Under the pieces are notes generated by a model. It did no database searches. It was not told the DNA's origin and was given only the letters and a program-made list of their open reading frames with translations. The position numbers and the translations under genes were made by a program. This document shows, piece by piece, positions 32,866-47,339 of a DNA stretch of 64,000 bases. The stretch is from Ranitomeya imitator (lineage: Eukaryota), in contig NC_091286.1 in the NCBI RefSeq assembly GCF_032444005.1, positions 278,256,001-278,320,000 of the forward strand. The letters are read 5' to 3'. How positions within the stretch are numbered: position 1 is the stretch's first letter; every line of letters starts with the position of its first letter.

Positions 32866-35580
32866 GGGGCTGCATTATATTCTATGGGGGTTACATTATA
32901 TTGTACGGCATGGCTGCATTATACTCTGAGGGGGCTATCTTATATTCTGTGGGGTGGCTGCATTATACTCTAGGGTGGCTGCATTATGCTCTATGAGGTG
33001 GCTGCATTATACTATATGTGGGCTGCATTATACTGTATCGAGGACTATGGGAAATACATTATACTATATGAAGAAATATGGTGTGCATTAAACTATGGGA
33101 AGTGAATTGTACTACATGGATGACTATGGTGGTGCATTATACTAAATGGAGCACTCTGAGGAGTGCATTATACTATATGGAGGACTGAGCAGTGTATTTT
33201 AATACATGGAGGACTATGAGGAGTGTATTATACTATATGGAAGACTGAGGAGTGTGTTATACTATATGGAGAACTGAGTGTATTTTAATATATGGAGGGC
33301 TATGAGGAGTGTAAAATAATATATGGAGGATTGAGGAGTGTATTATACTACATGGAGGACTGAGGAGTGTATTATACTATATGGAGGACTGAGCAGTGTA
33401 TTCTAATTTGTGGAAGACTATGAGGAGTATATTATACTATATGGAGGACTATGGGAAGTGTATATGGAAGACTGAGGAGTGTATTTTAATATATGGAGGA
33501 CTACAGGGAGTGTATTATACTATTTGGAGGACTATAGGGAGTGTATCATTCTATATAGAGGACTATGGAGAGTGTATTATACTATATGGAGTACTATAGG
33601 GAGTGTATTATACTATATGGAGAGCTATGAGGAGTGTATTATACTATATGGAGGCCTATGGGGCACAATATGTTATATGGAGGACTATGGGGTGTACATT
33701 TTACAATATGGAGGACTGTGGTGCACATTATGTGACATGAAGGACTATGGTGTTTGCATTTTACAATATGGAGGACTGTGGTGCACATTATACTATGTGG
33801 AGGACTATGGGTTTTATTATACTATACAAGCAAAATGCTGCATATTTATCGAGTGATTGGATTGTTTATGCGGGAACAGAAATCCTTGTTCCCAGCAGCA
33901 GATCGCTGGTGTAAACTGTAGATGTGCTGCTGATAACATGATACTGTATGGGGACAGATTGATCTATTAGTGATTGTTCTGTTCCCATCATTCTTTCTCA
34001 GTTGGTGTAAAGATCCCGGGAAACAAGCGTCAAATGACTTCAATATTGTTGATCACACTCGTTTAGCGGCCTGAACTCAGTGCTTGTAAATACAACAGAA
34101 AATCTTTTGTGTGATGTGTGATAAGTTATCATTTAGGGCCCCTTTTTAGCCACTTTCTGACATTAGATGTACTATCCCTTCGAGATGGTATGGGCTCGTA
34201 CTATCAGCCATGCTCACAGGGGGAGCGCGGCCGATCAAGGCCGGGTGTCAGCTGACTATCATAGCTGACATCCGGCACTATGTGCCAGAAGCGGTCACGG
34301 ACCGCTCCTAGCACGTTAACCCCCGTAACACTGTGATCAAACATAATTGTAGCATTACGGCGGAATAAGGTAGCATCGCGCAGGGAGGGGGCTCCCTGAG
34401 TGCTTCCCTGAGACCCTCGGAGCAACACTATGTGATCGCGATGCTCCGAGCATCTCCTCTGTCCTCCTCCCTGCAGGCCCCAGATCCAAGATGACCGCGG
34501 GTTTCCTTCCGGGTCCTGCAGGGAGGTGGCTTGCAAGCAGCTAATCAGAGCAAGCGCCTGCAAGCCTCCTGCAGTGCCTGTCAGATCGCTGATCTGACAC
34601 AATACATTGCAAAGTGTCAGATCAGCGATCTGACACTATAACATGATGTCCCACACAGGGACAAAGTAAAAAAGTAAAAAATATATTTACATGTGTAAAA
34701 AAAATATATATTTATATTGTTCCAATAAATACATTTCTTTCTGTAAATAATAAAAACAACAACAATAAAAGTGCACATATTTAATATGGCCGCATCCATA
34801 ATGACCCGACCTATAAAACTGTCACAATAGTTAACCCCTTCAGTGAACACCGTAAAAAAAAAAAACTAGGCAAAAAACAATGCTTTATCATCATACCGCC
34901 GAACAAAAAGTGAAATAACACGCGATCAAGAAGATGGATATAAATAAACATTGTACTGTTGAAAACGTCATCTTATCCCGCAAAAAACGAGCCGCCATAC
35001 AGCGTCATCAGCAAAAAAATAAAAAAGTTACAGCCTCAGAATAAAGCGATGCAAAAATATTTTTTTCTATAAAATAGCTTTTATTGTATAAAAGCGCCAA
35101 AACATAAAAAAATTATATAAATGAGGTATCGCTGTAATCGTACTGACCCGAAAAATAAAACTTCTTTATCAATTTTACCAAATGCTGAATGGTATTAAAT
35201 GTCCCCCCAAAAGAAATTCACGAATTGCTGGTTTTTGTTCATTCTGCCTAAACAGAAATCGGAATAAAAAGCGATCAAAAAATGTCGTGTGCCCGAAAAT
35301 GATACCAATAAAAACGTCAACTCGTCCCGCAAAAAAAAAAGATCTTACATGACTCTGTGGACCAAAATATGGAAAAATTATAGCTCTCGGAATGTGGTAA
35401 CGCAAAAAATATTTTTTGCAATAAAAAGCGTCTTTTAGTGTGTGACAGCTGCCAATCATAAAAACCCGACATAAAAACCCACTATAAAAACCTGCTATAA
35501 ATAGTAAATCGAACCCCCCATTATCACTGCCTTAGTTAGGGAAAAATAATAAAGTAAAAAATGTATTCATTTCCATTTTC

Positions 35581-35880
35581 CCATTAGGGTTAGGGTTAGG
35601 GTTGGGGCTAAAGTTAGGGTTGGGGCTAGAGTTGGGGTTTGGATTACGTTTACGGTTGGGTTAGGGGTGTTTCAGGGTTAGGGGTATGGTTAGGGTTGGG
35701 ATTAGGGTTAGGGGTGTGTTGGGGTTAGGGGTGTGTTGGGGTTGGGATTAGGGTTAGGGGTGTGTTTGGGTTAGGGGTGTGGTTAGGGTTGGGATTAGGG
35801 TTAAGGGGGTGTTGGGGTTAAGGGTGTGGATAGGGTTGGGATTAGGCTTAGGGGAGTGTTGAAGTTAGGTTTGGAGTTAG
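35581..35880 (+). repeat. Degenerate telomere-like (TTAGGG)n tract
   Basis: ttagggttagggttaggg interspersed with ttgggg, ttagggg and tgtg variants. Confidence 0.85.
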
Positions 35881-35889
35881 AATTGGGAG

Positions 35890-37300
35890 GTTTCTACTGT
35901 TGAAGCACACCGGAGCTCTGCCACCGCAACATGACGTCTGATCTCAATCCATGCAATTCTGCGTTGAAAAAGTAAAACGGTTCTCCTTCCCTTCCGAGGT
36001 CTGCCGTGCACCCAAACAGTGGTTTGCCCCCACATATGGGGTATCAGCGTACTCAGGACAAATTGGACAATATGTTTTGGGGTCCAACTTCTCCTGTTAC
36101 CTATGGGAAAATACAAAACTGGGGACTAAAAAATAATCATTTTTGTGGGGAAAAAAAGAATTTTTATTTTCACGGCTCTGTGTTATAAACTTAAATGAAA
36201 TACTTGGGGGTTCAAAGTAATCACCACAATCTAAATAAGTTCATTGGGGGGTCTAGTTTCAAATATGGGGTCACTTGTGGGGGGTTTCTACTGTTTAGGT
36301 ACATCAGGGGCTCTGCAAACGCAACTTGACACCCACAGACCATTCCATCAAAGTCTGCATTCCAAAACGTCACTTCTTCCCTTCCGAGCTCTGCCATGCG
36401 CCCAAACAGTAGTTTTCTCCAACATATGGGGTACTCAGGACAAATTGGACAACATTTGAGGTCCAATTTTTCCTGTTACCCTTGGGAAAATACAAAACTG
36501 GAGGCTAAAAATCATTTTTGTGGAAAAAAAAAGATTTTTTATTTTCATGGCTCTGCGTTATAAACTTTAGAGAAGCACTTGGGGTTCAAAGTGCTCACCA
36601 CACATCTAGATAAGTTCCTTGGGGATCTAGTTTCCCACATGGGGTCACTTGTGGGGGGTTTCTACTATTTAGGCACATCGGGGGCTCTAAAAAATGAGGC
36701 ATGGCGTCCCATCTCAATTACAGCCAATTTTGCATTGAAAAGTCAAATGGCACGTCTTCCCTTCTGAGCTCTGCCATGCGCCCAAACAGTGGTTTACCCC
36801 CACATATGGGGTATCAACGTACTCAGGACAAATTGTACAACAACTTTTGTGGTCCAATTTCTCCTGTTACCCTTGGGAAAATAAAAAAAATTATGGGCGA
36901 AAAATCATTTTTGTGAAAAAAATAAGATTTTCTATTTTTGCGGCTCTACATTATACACTTTTGTAATGCACTTGGGGGTTCAAAGTGCTCACCACACATC
37001 TAAATAAGTTCCTTAGGAGGTCTAATTTCCAAAATGGTGTCACTTTTAGGGGGGTTTCCACTGTTTAAGCACATCAGCGGCTCTCCAAACGTGACATGGC
37101 ATCTTTTCTCAATTCCAGCTAATTTTGCATTGAAAAGTCAAATGGCGGTCCTTCCCTTCCGAGCTCTGCCATGCGCCCAAACAGTGGTTTACTCCCACAT
37201 ATGGGATATCAGCGTACTCAGGACAAATTGTACAACTTTTGGGGTCCATTTCCTTGTGTTACCCTTGGTAAAATAAAACAAATTGGAGCTGAATAAATTT
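35890..37300 (+). repeat. Tandem repeat of about 385 bp, roughly 4 diverged copies
   Basis: The tttc(t/c)act..gcacat.. and cccaaacagtggtt..cccacatatggggtatc..cgtactcaggacaaatt blocks recur at about 35890, 36285, 36660 and 37055. Confidence 0.8.
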
Positions 37301-38587
37301 TTTGTGAAAAAAAGTTAAATGTTCATTTTTTTTTAAACATTCCAAAAATTCCTGTGAAATATCTGAAAGGTTAATAAACTTCTTGAATGTGGTTTTCAGC
37401 ACCTTGAGGGGTGCAGTTTTTAGAATGGTGTCACACTTGGGTATTTTCTATCATATAGACCCCTAAAAGTGACTTCAAATATGATGTAGTCCCTAAAAAA
37501 ATGGTGTTGTGAAAATGAGAAATTACTGGTCAACTTTTAACCCTTATAACTCTCTAACAAAAAAATTTTTAGTTCCAAAATTGTGCTGATGTAAAGTAGA
37601 CATGTGGGAATTGTTACTTATTAAGTATTTTTTGTGACATATTTCTGTGATTTAAGGGCATGAAAATTCAAAGTTGGAAAATTGCTAAATTTTTCAAGAT
37701 TTTCGCCAAATTTCTGTTTTTTTCACAAATAAACTCAAGTATTGTCAAGGAAATGTTGCCACTACCATGAAGTACAATATGTCATGAGAAAACCTTGTCA
37801 GAATCATCTAGATCTGTTGAAGCATTCCAGAGTTATAACCTCATAAATGGACAGTGGTCAGAATTGTAAAAATTGGCCTGTCATAAACATGCAAACCACC
37901 CTTGGGGGTAAAGGGGTTAAACTTTTGCCTAAGGCCCAACTTTGCCTAAAATCAGCCCTGCACAGCATAACAAAGGATATTTGATTCTGAACTGTAACAT
38001 TATATCAATGCACATTGAACTTCCAGTCCAAATTTGAGCAAAATACCAGATTCAAATTCTAGAAGATCCACTCATCAGTAATGGAACCTGGAAGCTGATT
38101 CACGCTCCCCAGACAATGGGTAGCATGGGTCAAACATTGGCTACATTTTTCCAGTCATGTATGTTTAACTGTGAATCACTAATGAATATGACAAAAGACC
38201 AATCCCCTTGTGGCTTCTTCCATCTCACTATCCATGACTGGAAAGTCTCTTTCTATACACACATAAATGGATTGACTGATCAGTCATAAGGAGCAGGGGC
38301 GGGGATAAACTGCCAGGTATCTGCCTCGGACTAGTCATCCAAGAAGCATACTTCCCTCTTGTTTTTTTTAAGCATGTTTTTTCTTGAATGTTGCAGCATT
38401 TCAGAGTAGAACATACATGGCTGCAATTACACAGCCAATGTCTGATTCATGCTGTCTGTTGTTTGGGTAGCATGAATCAGATAATAGTTTGCCTTTAATG
38501 CATATAATCATTGTGTTTAGTAATAGCTTGTTGCTGCTAAAAGAATGATGGAGCAGTTCGGCAAAAGAGAACCTAGAATGTTAGTAG

Positions 38588-39295
38588 GACAAATTCAAAA
38601 CATTACAATAAGTACATAAAAAACAAATGCGTAAAATGCAAAAGATGAGAGAAGAGGCGAGCCTAGTGCCACGCACAAATACACGAATCCATTAACGAGC
38701 AAATCAAATGGTAGCTATAAGGTAGAGAGGCAACTCCTGCGAAACGCGCATCGGGGCCTCCTCTTCCACGCACGGCAGCAGCAGGTTGGTAACGTACTAC
38801 TTTCGCATCTGTTCAGTCTTCCCCTTTTTTTGCATGGGACTTCCCGGGATTATGTGCAATATATGGCTTACTGAGCCACTAGGGGGAACCAATTTATAAC
38901 GCTTATATTTCTGCACAGATAGTTGTAATAAGCCATAAGGGGTCAATCTCTATATATAATGCTTTAACGTGACACCCGTTCATTTGGCTACATACCTACT
39001 TAACCTTCCTGCTGTTTGCTTGGTACTTTGGAGCTTTATCTCCTGTGTAGCTGCCCACTTTCTGGTATTAGTATACACTACAACTATATTGAATATTGGG
39101 CTAATACTTATTTCATTGTTTTGATTACATCTTTACATGCTCTTATATATGGCCTCTCTACCTTATAGCTACCATTTGATTTGCTCGTTAATGGATTAGT
39201 GTATTCGTGCGTGGCACTAGGCTCGCCTCTTCTCTCATCTTTTGCATTTTACGCATTTGTTTTTTATGTACTTATTGTAATGTTTTGAATTTGTC
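38588..39295. mobile_element. Penelope-like terminal fragment with 144-bp inverted duplication
   Basis: 38588-38731 and 39152-39295 are reverse complements (2 mismatches seen). cgaaacgcg follows the left arm, and aataaa follows the right arm. Confidence 0.55.
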
Positions 39296-41442
39296 TTAAT
39301 AAAGCTGTTATTTTTTGAGCTCTTGTGTCCATTGTTTCTTGGTTCTCTCATATTTTATGATGGCGGAGCATTTAAATTGTTTGCCCTCCCTATAGGTTTA
39401 TAGAATGTTAGTAGACAACACATGCAGGACATATAAGTTCTAACTCGTTTATAAACCAAACTATATGAAATAAATCCTAGAGACAGGTGATTAGCTTCAA
39501 GGTCAATTCCAAAAGGGGTTACCTTCCGTTGGACAATTTGGATCGATTGGAGAATGTTTTGGCACTTCAAATGCCCAGTCCAAACCAAAGGCTTGTCTAG
39601 TGCTCTGTACAGTGTTGTAGATCAAAGTTGTAGCTAGCCTGTGCCTTACCTGGTACCAAGATTTAATTTACTACACTAGTCAGGGCCGGACTGGCCATCT
39701 GGCAATTCTGACAAATGTCAGAAGGGCCTTGTCTGCTATTTTGTTAACAGAATCTGTGTTCTTAAGATACCCATACGGTTAAGAGTTGTGATGGAGCACA
39801 AAGTTGCTGACTCCGTCACTTACCCCAGCAGGCCACGGGTATCATTAGACATATTGGTCTTGTAGAAAATCTTCCTTTACTCCATCCAGGGTAATATTAG
39901 TAATATATTCCGTCTGATTCATGGGGACGGGGACAACATGGGCCTCAGTGATTTCAAATGCCAGGGCTCAATTTCAGCCCCAGTCCGTACCTGACCATAG
40001 TACTGTTTATAAATGCTCTGATCTAGGGAGAGTGGCATTTTAGCCCTTGTACCAAATATCCAGAGGACAAGCCCCACTAGTATCCCCTTGTTATGACACT
40101 GGCGATGAGGATAAAATATAGGCATAAAACAGTCTACATTACACTTTAAAATTAGCAATTATCATATAATTCAACAGTTTAACAATCAGCCTATTTAAAA
40201 GATTGGTGAAAAATGCTTTTTAAAATAAATTTAATTTCTCAAGGATTTGTAGTGATTTTTTTATTTGCCTTCCTTATATATGTATATTGGCCTGAGTGTC
40301 CATTACTGCCCTTCATTGGAGTCCGGTAGCTAAGAATGTGAGCAATGCCTTCATTGCATAGCATCTCTTTATTATACTTTAGCAATACACATGTCCTACA
40401 TGCCTGATGATTTGCACACTACTAACACTAACATTTTCTGCATAATTCAGGGTTAACATTTCACACGCCTTTCACATGTAATGTTTTTTCCAACGTCAAA
40501 CTGCTGTAAAAGTAGCTGGCAAGTAGCCACTTGGAGCAACTTTAAATACTTGGAACATTTATAAAATGTTGATGTCTACTCATTGTATCTCCATAGCCTT
40601 TGTGGTTGCTAGTAGAAAACTATAAATCAATTATCAAAATACTAAATCAATAAATCTTCTTTATAGCATGTTGCTGGGCAAGGAAAACAGGAATTTTTTC
40701 TTCATATCTCATACAGCAGTATTGCTAGTTCTTCGGCTTTGAAGAGTTCTTCAGAAACTACATAGCTGGCATATCCACTTCTGGCACTCCGGTCTATTGG
40801 GACACAAGCAGTTCCTTAACTTTCTATTTGAGTCTGTAGTCACGAATCCAGGCCAAGTTTGAATGGAGAGAGGACCAAAAATACATTCCAGTGAAAGTGA
40901 CTTGTAAAAACAGACAAGCCAGCTTGAAAGGGATTATGTTGTCTGAAAATGACATATTGTTTAAATCTGGTCTTAATATAAAATATATATTTTTAAGAAT
41001 TTTTGGATTATTTTTTTCAATTTTCCATATCACTATGTATATTAAACGCTTGATATTAAACCCACAACTTTCTGGGCACATGACAGCTGATTTGTCCAGT
41101 CTTGAAGAGGTTAATAAATAAATAAAAAATAAACTTTAACATATTTTTTATTAACTTGGAAATTCTACCAAATGTGAACCAGAATACAGTATAAGGCCGG
41201 CATCACACACAACGTATAAAAATACGGCCTGTTTTTTTACGGCCGAGAGATACAGAAATGTTCCCAAACAGTGATCCGTATGTCATCCATGTGCAATGCG
41301 AGGATGCGATTTTTTTCTCATTAAAGTATCCGTGTGACATCCGTATGACATCCGTATGGCGAGATTTTCTCGCCAGCCTGAAAAATGAACATATAATGGA
41401 TCCATGGGCTCAAATAATCACGAAAACATATACAGTACACAG

Positions 41443-41473
<31 letters not shown>

Positions 41474-42561
41474 CATACAGAGCTAGATAGCAGAATAGCT
41501 GATAATTCAATTGTCGGGTTCTGTAAAATCATTGATATGAGACATGGTATACATACAGTAAACCATTGCATATCCGTTAGATTTTTATATGTCTCTCATT
41601 AATAATGTTAGTAGTGTGTGTGTATAAAATTTTGGAGCTGTGGGTGTTATAGTAAAGGATTAATTTACGGCGTGGGCTCCCGTGTAATTTTCTCCACCAG
41701 AGAGGGAAAGCCAGTGACTGAGGGAAGATAGTAATAGCCTAGAGAGGGACCATGGTTATTGCCCCCCCCGGCTAAAAAATCTGCCCCAGCCACCCCAGAA
41801 AAGGCACATCTGTAAGATGCATCTGTTCCAACACTTAGCCTCTCTTCTTCCCATTGCCCAGTAGCGGTGGCATATGGGGAATAAGGGGTTAATGTCACCT
41901 TGCTATTGTAAGGTGACATTAAGCCTGGTTAATAATGGAGAGGTGTCCATAAGACACCTCTCCATTATTAATCCAATAGTATGAAAGGGTTAAAATACAC
42001 ACATGCAGTAATAATGAAACACATGTTCAACATCTTTATTACACTCTCAATCCAAGCGAAGCCCTCATTCTTCTGTAATAAAATTCAAAATAAAAAAGCA
42101 ACAATATCCCATAACTGTCCGCTGTACAATCAAGTCCCACGCTGCAATCCATCTCAAGGGGTTACATAGTTTACAACCCAGAGCGGTGTTAATGCTACCG
42201 ACCACTCATTAGCGTGGGAAAGTTTCTTAACATCTTCCCACACTGCCAAGTTCACCGTGTCAGGTGGGGAGTCTGCGCATGCTCAGTGACATCAGCGGTA
42301 GTCGGCCCCGCCTGACCTGAGCTGAACTTGACAGCGTGGGAAAATGTTAAGAAACTTTACCACGCTAATGAGTTCATGTCCGGTCAGGCAGGGAGGCTGC
42401 GCAGGCAGCTTTTCATTCATTCCTCCATGGTTTACAATGTTACAATCAATATTTGCTAATATGTTGATTACCCTTTGCATAAGTCTATGTAGCTTGTTGA
42501 CCTGTAAAATAGTGGAAGACAAACTACGCAGTTTGATTAAATACTCACACAATGAGAGTTA

Positions 42562-42752
42562 GGCCGGGGTCACACATGCGAGAAACACGTCCGTGTCTCG
42601 CATGTGAAAAGCAAGCTGTGGCGCCGGCACTTCGGAGCGGCGCGTGCGGCCGCATAGGAACACATGGAGCCGCACGCTCCACAGTGCCGGCGCCACAGCT
42701 TGGATTTCACATGCAAGACACGGATGTGTTTCTCGCATGTGTGATCCCGGCC
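42562..42752. mobile_element. PIF/Harbinger-type palindromic MITE
   Basis: TIR ggccggg(g/a)tcacacatgcgagaaac; TTA duplication on both sides. Confidence 0.85.
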
Positions 42753-43254
42753 TTAATCTCATCCCATCTACCCCCTGACCTGTGGATAATGACCTGAAAC
42801 ACATAGCGGGGTGCCACTGGTGGGGGTAGTTGGCCCTCACAGCCCTGCAGTCACAGCTGCTCTAATCCTAGCTCAGCAAAAGGGTGAGACTCCTATTTTC
42901 TGTTGGTGGTTCAGTAAAGTATTGCAACTCTGTTTTACCCTTACCCTGTGTTGTCTGAGTAGTATTATGCCCACGGGAAAGGACAGTGGGTATTTAGTAG
43001 GAAGAACCCTGCTCCATGCGGTCTCGGGCCAATGAACAAGAGTACTGACCATCGTGTTTCCCCAGAACACATCACCAAATCCACCAACATTACAGGAATA
43101 CATTACCAGAACCAACATTAGTACAAGAATATATCACCAGAACCAGTAACACTATAGGAATACATCACCAGAACCACTATCAGTACAGAATACATTCATA
43201 AGTGATTTGCATACTTAAAGACACATGATCACTAGATCCCTACCTAATTCTTTC

Positions 43255-43490
43255 AACATTTATTTATTTTTTTTATTTTACTCGTTTATATAGCGCCATT
43301 AATTCCACAGCGTTTAACACTCATTATTGGCACTGTCCCCGATGGGGCTCATAATCTAAATTCCCTATCAGTATGTCTTTGGAGTGTGGGAGGAAACCGG
43401 AGTACCCGGAGGAAACCCACGCAAACACGGGGAGAACATACAAACTCCTTGCAGATGTTGTCTTTGGTGGGATTTGAACCCAGGACCCCA
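43255..43490 (-). mobile_element. 5'-truncated tRNA-derived SINE (V-SINE-like)
   Basis: Minus strand has B-box GGTTCAAATCC, then tgtatgttctccccgtgtttgcgtgggtttcctccgggtactccggtttcctcccacactccaaagac, and an A-rich tail. Confidence 0.8.
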
Positions 43491-44159
43491 ACTTCTGTAA
43501 TCAATGAACAGAGTCAAATCCTGACATTGAGTATATAACATGCTGTTAAGATTTGGCATGACATAGTGCTTATCTGTATTATTAATGGTCTTAACATAAA
43601 TAAAGATGTAGTAATTATTAACTTGTTAGAAGGCATAATACTTAAATATATCAAGTAACGGGTTGTTACACATGTACAGGATCAGAAATAACAACATCTT
43701 TCACCAAAACAACTTACAGTACAGAAACACAGTTCCCAGTACCACTATCCATATAGGAATACATCATCAGATCCGCCATTAATACATGAATAGATCACCA
43801 GATCCATCAACGTTACAGTACAGAAATACGTCATCCCAACAACCATCAGTACAGAAATACAGTACAGAACAATGGTAAGTTGTAACAGCCATCATCAGAC
43901 TGTGGACCATACAGGAACCCCAATACTGATGAGACGCAGGCAGTGTCTGAAATAAACCTTTACATCCAGATAACGCTATACCGGAGATATTCTCTAATTG
44001 TACTAGTTCTCTTTCTTTTTCTCTCCAGCTCATTCAGATGACATGATGACTTTTTACATCCACAGCTCGTATTAGCAGACTTTCCTCCTCTATGGTCCTC
44101 TGCAGCACATTCCAACACGCTGCCATTTAAAATACCAGTGTTTTTAATATGCTCCTTAA

Positions 44160-45442
44160 CCCCTTACCGGCATCGGACGTACTATACCGTCCGATGCCGG
44201 CTCCCCTGCTTTGATGCAGGGCTCCGCGGTGAGCCCGCACCAAAGCCGGGACATGTCAGCTGTTTTGAACAGCTGACATGTGCCCGTAATAGGCGCGGGC
44301 AGAATCGCGATCTGCCCGCACCTATTAACTAGTTAAATGCCGCTGTCAAACGCAGACAGCGGCATTTAACTACCGCTTCCGGCCGGGCGGCCGGAAATGA
44401 CGTTATCGCCGACCCCCGTCACATGTCCGGGGGTCGGCGATGCGTCTCCATTGTAGCCATAGAGGTCCTTGAGACCTCTATGGTTACTGATTGCCCGTCG
44501 CTGTGAGCGCCACCCTGTGGTCGGCGCTCACAGCACACGTGCAATTCTGCTACATAGCAGCGATCAGCAGATCGCTGCTATGTAGCAGAGCCGATCGGCT
44601 TGTGCCTGCTTCTAGCCTCTCATGGAGGCTATTGAAGCATGGCAAAAGTTAAAAAAAAAAGTTTAAAAAAATGTGAAAAAAATAAAAAAAACATAAAAGT
44701 TTAAATCACCCCCCTTTCGCCCCAATCAAAATAAATCAATAAAAAAAATATCAAATCTACGCATATTTGGTATCGCCGCGCTCAGAATTGCCCGATCTAT
44801 CAAATAAAAAAAAGTATTAACCTGATCGCTAAACAGCGTAGCGGGAAAAAACTCGAAACGCCAGAATTACGTTTTTTTGGTCGCCGCGACATTGCATTAA
44901 AATGCAATAACGGGCGATCAAAAGAACGTATCTGCACCGAAATGCTATCATTAAAAACGTCATCTCGGCACGCAAAAAATAAGCCCTCAACCGACCCCAG
45001 ATCACGAAAAATGGAGACGCTACGAGTATCGGAAAATGGCGCAATTTTTTTTTTTTTTTTTTTAGCAAAGTTTGGAATTTTTTTTCACCACTTAGATAAA
45101 AAATAACCTAGTCATGTTTGGTGTCTATGAACTCGTAATGACCTGGAGAATCATAATGGCAGGTCATTTTTAGCATTTAGTGAACCTAGCAAAAAAGCCA
45201 AACAAAAAACCAATGTGGGATTGCACTTTTTTTGCAATTTCACCGCACTTGGAATTTTTTTCCCGTTTTCTAGTACACGACATGCTAAAACCAATGATGT
45301 TGTTCAAAAGTACAACTCGTCCCGCAAAAAATAAGCCCTCACATGGCCAAATTGACGGAAAAATAAAAAAGTTATGGCTCTGGGAAGGAGGGGAGCGAAA
45401 AACGAACACGGAAAAACGAAAAATCCCCTGGTCATGAAGGGG
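44160..45442. mobile_element. Complete non-autonomous piggyBac-like element
   Basis: TTAA|CCCCTT ... AAGGGG|TTAA ends, nested internal palindromes and no long ORF. Confidence 0.85.
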
Positions 45443-47294
45443 TTAATAAATATATCTATCCTATGCTGTGCCCCTGGATAGTTGCCCTTCTTTTTGCTCC
45501 ACAAAATATGACTTCCACATCATCCCTCTTATTGTACATGGCCTCCACACTGTCTTTTTCTTTCCATACCGGGTCCCCCTTCACACTAACTCCTCACACT
45601 GTATCCCCCTATACTGTCCATTCTCTATGCTGTGCCCTCTCCTCACACTCCCCATCCCATCCATACTATGTCCTCATACTGTCTCTCCCACGCTTCCCCT
45701 TCTCTATACTAACTGCACACACTACAGGGCTAGTAAACTTGCAGCCATGGAGATCTCCATATCTAGAAGCTCTGTATAACCCTGCACAAACCACTGATTG
45801 GCAGCTTTCTGCCTATGCACAGTGTGCACAAAAAGCAGTCGATCGGTGGTGTGGGTGGGGTGTTTTCAAAGCTCTACATTCAGACAACTGGTAGATCTAC
45901 AGCAGATTATATCAATACAACAGCAACAGCTCAGTAAGTAACACATTGCTAGAATCAAGGTCTCTGTCCCTACATCATAACGGGTTAGCAAAAATCTGGT
46001 GATAGATTCATTTTATATCACATAGCTAGACTATTAATGATGACTATACCTTTGTACATGTTAATTTGTATGGGTTAAAGGCCCCACCTACATATGTGCC
46101 TATAACTTAATATTCTTCACTATAACTCAATGATCTTTTGCAGAAAGCAGGAAAAAAACATTGTCACTTTGAATTAAAAAGTTTTCTTTTATCCCTCAAG
46201 TTGAGGCACTGATTATTGCCAATGTGTGGCCTACGTTTACATAACTTTGGCTCATATACATAAAATCTTCTGCATAATTATTCATTATATAATTTCTCAA
46301 ACTATGTCTTAGGATATATTTTACTGTATGGGACAAACTGGACACTTAAATAATCACATCTTTACGCTATATTAATACACAGATATAACCGGAACCACAT
46401 AACGAAATCAATCAACACTTATATGGAAGGTGGGCATCCTACCCACCTAATATTAAAACATCAAAAACATTACCCTAATTAGGAAACCATAATAATCTTC
46501 ATTTTTATGATGGAGAATGTAATAATGTGGAAGTGAAGAAAACTGTTATGCAAATAACTGACAAAAAAAAAAAGTTAATGCACTTTTATAAAATATTAAG
46601 GCAGCAAAAAATTCACAGATTAGAAAAGAAGAACAAACAGAAATGGACATTTACTAAAATCATTGCATTAACCTTATGGCTTTGTTGCTTAAAATTCGCA
46701 CATAAAAGACACATTTGAAAGCATGATGACAATAACGCAGTATCCTTGCATCTGAAAAACATTCAGGACTTCAGTGAATTATGCACATCTGCACATATTT
46801 CTTTTGTATGTGTTATATTGGAAAGTTAAGGGCCAAGGAAGAAGAAAATTCCTCTTCTCTTTTCATGTCACTTGAATAGGTCACATATGATCAAGGACAA
46901 GGCTTCATTTTTCTTCTAAACGACTGATGTCATGTTTAAAAAGACACAACTTTCACTTGCAAACACTTAAAAACATAGCGGAGAAAATAAATCGGTTTTG
47001 TTTGTATTTGCATTTTGCGGAGGGGGAAAAAAAAATAGAAATAATCTTGCAAAATGTGAATTAACTTGTGAATGGCCTTGATACAAGTAATAATCAAAAG
47101 GGAGGTGCTGAGTTTCATAATGAGCACAAGGGCAAATAGCTCATGTAGGTGAAGCTTCGCACATCGAAGAAAGCCTGCAAAACGCGTTTAGACTTCTCAT
47201 CACAATAAGAAAAAGAAACATCCGAAACGCTAAACTGATAAACACATAAAAATTGTAATAAAAATGGAAATGCAGCAATTTATTAGAATGTACC

Positions 47295-47339
<45 letters not shown>

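Larger units (their letters stand above)
34180..37916. mobile_element. Large non-autonomous TTAA-target (piggyBac-like) element
   Basis: Right end aaagggg|TTAA at about 37916-37920. Internal blocks are homologous to 44160-45442. The left end is degenerate and its position approximate. Confidence 0.6.
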
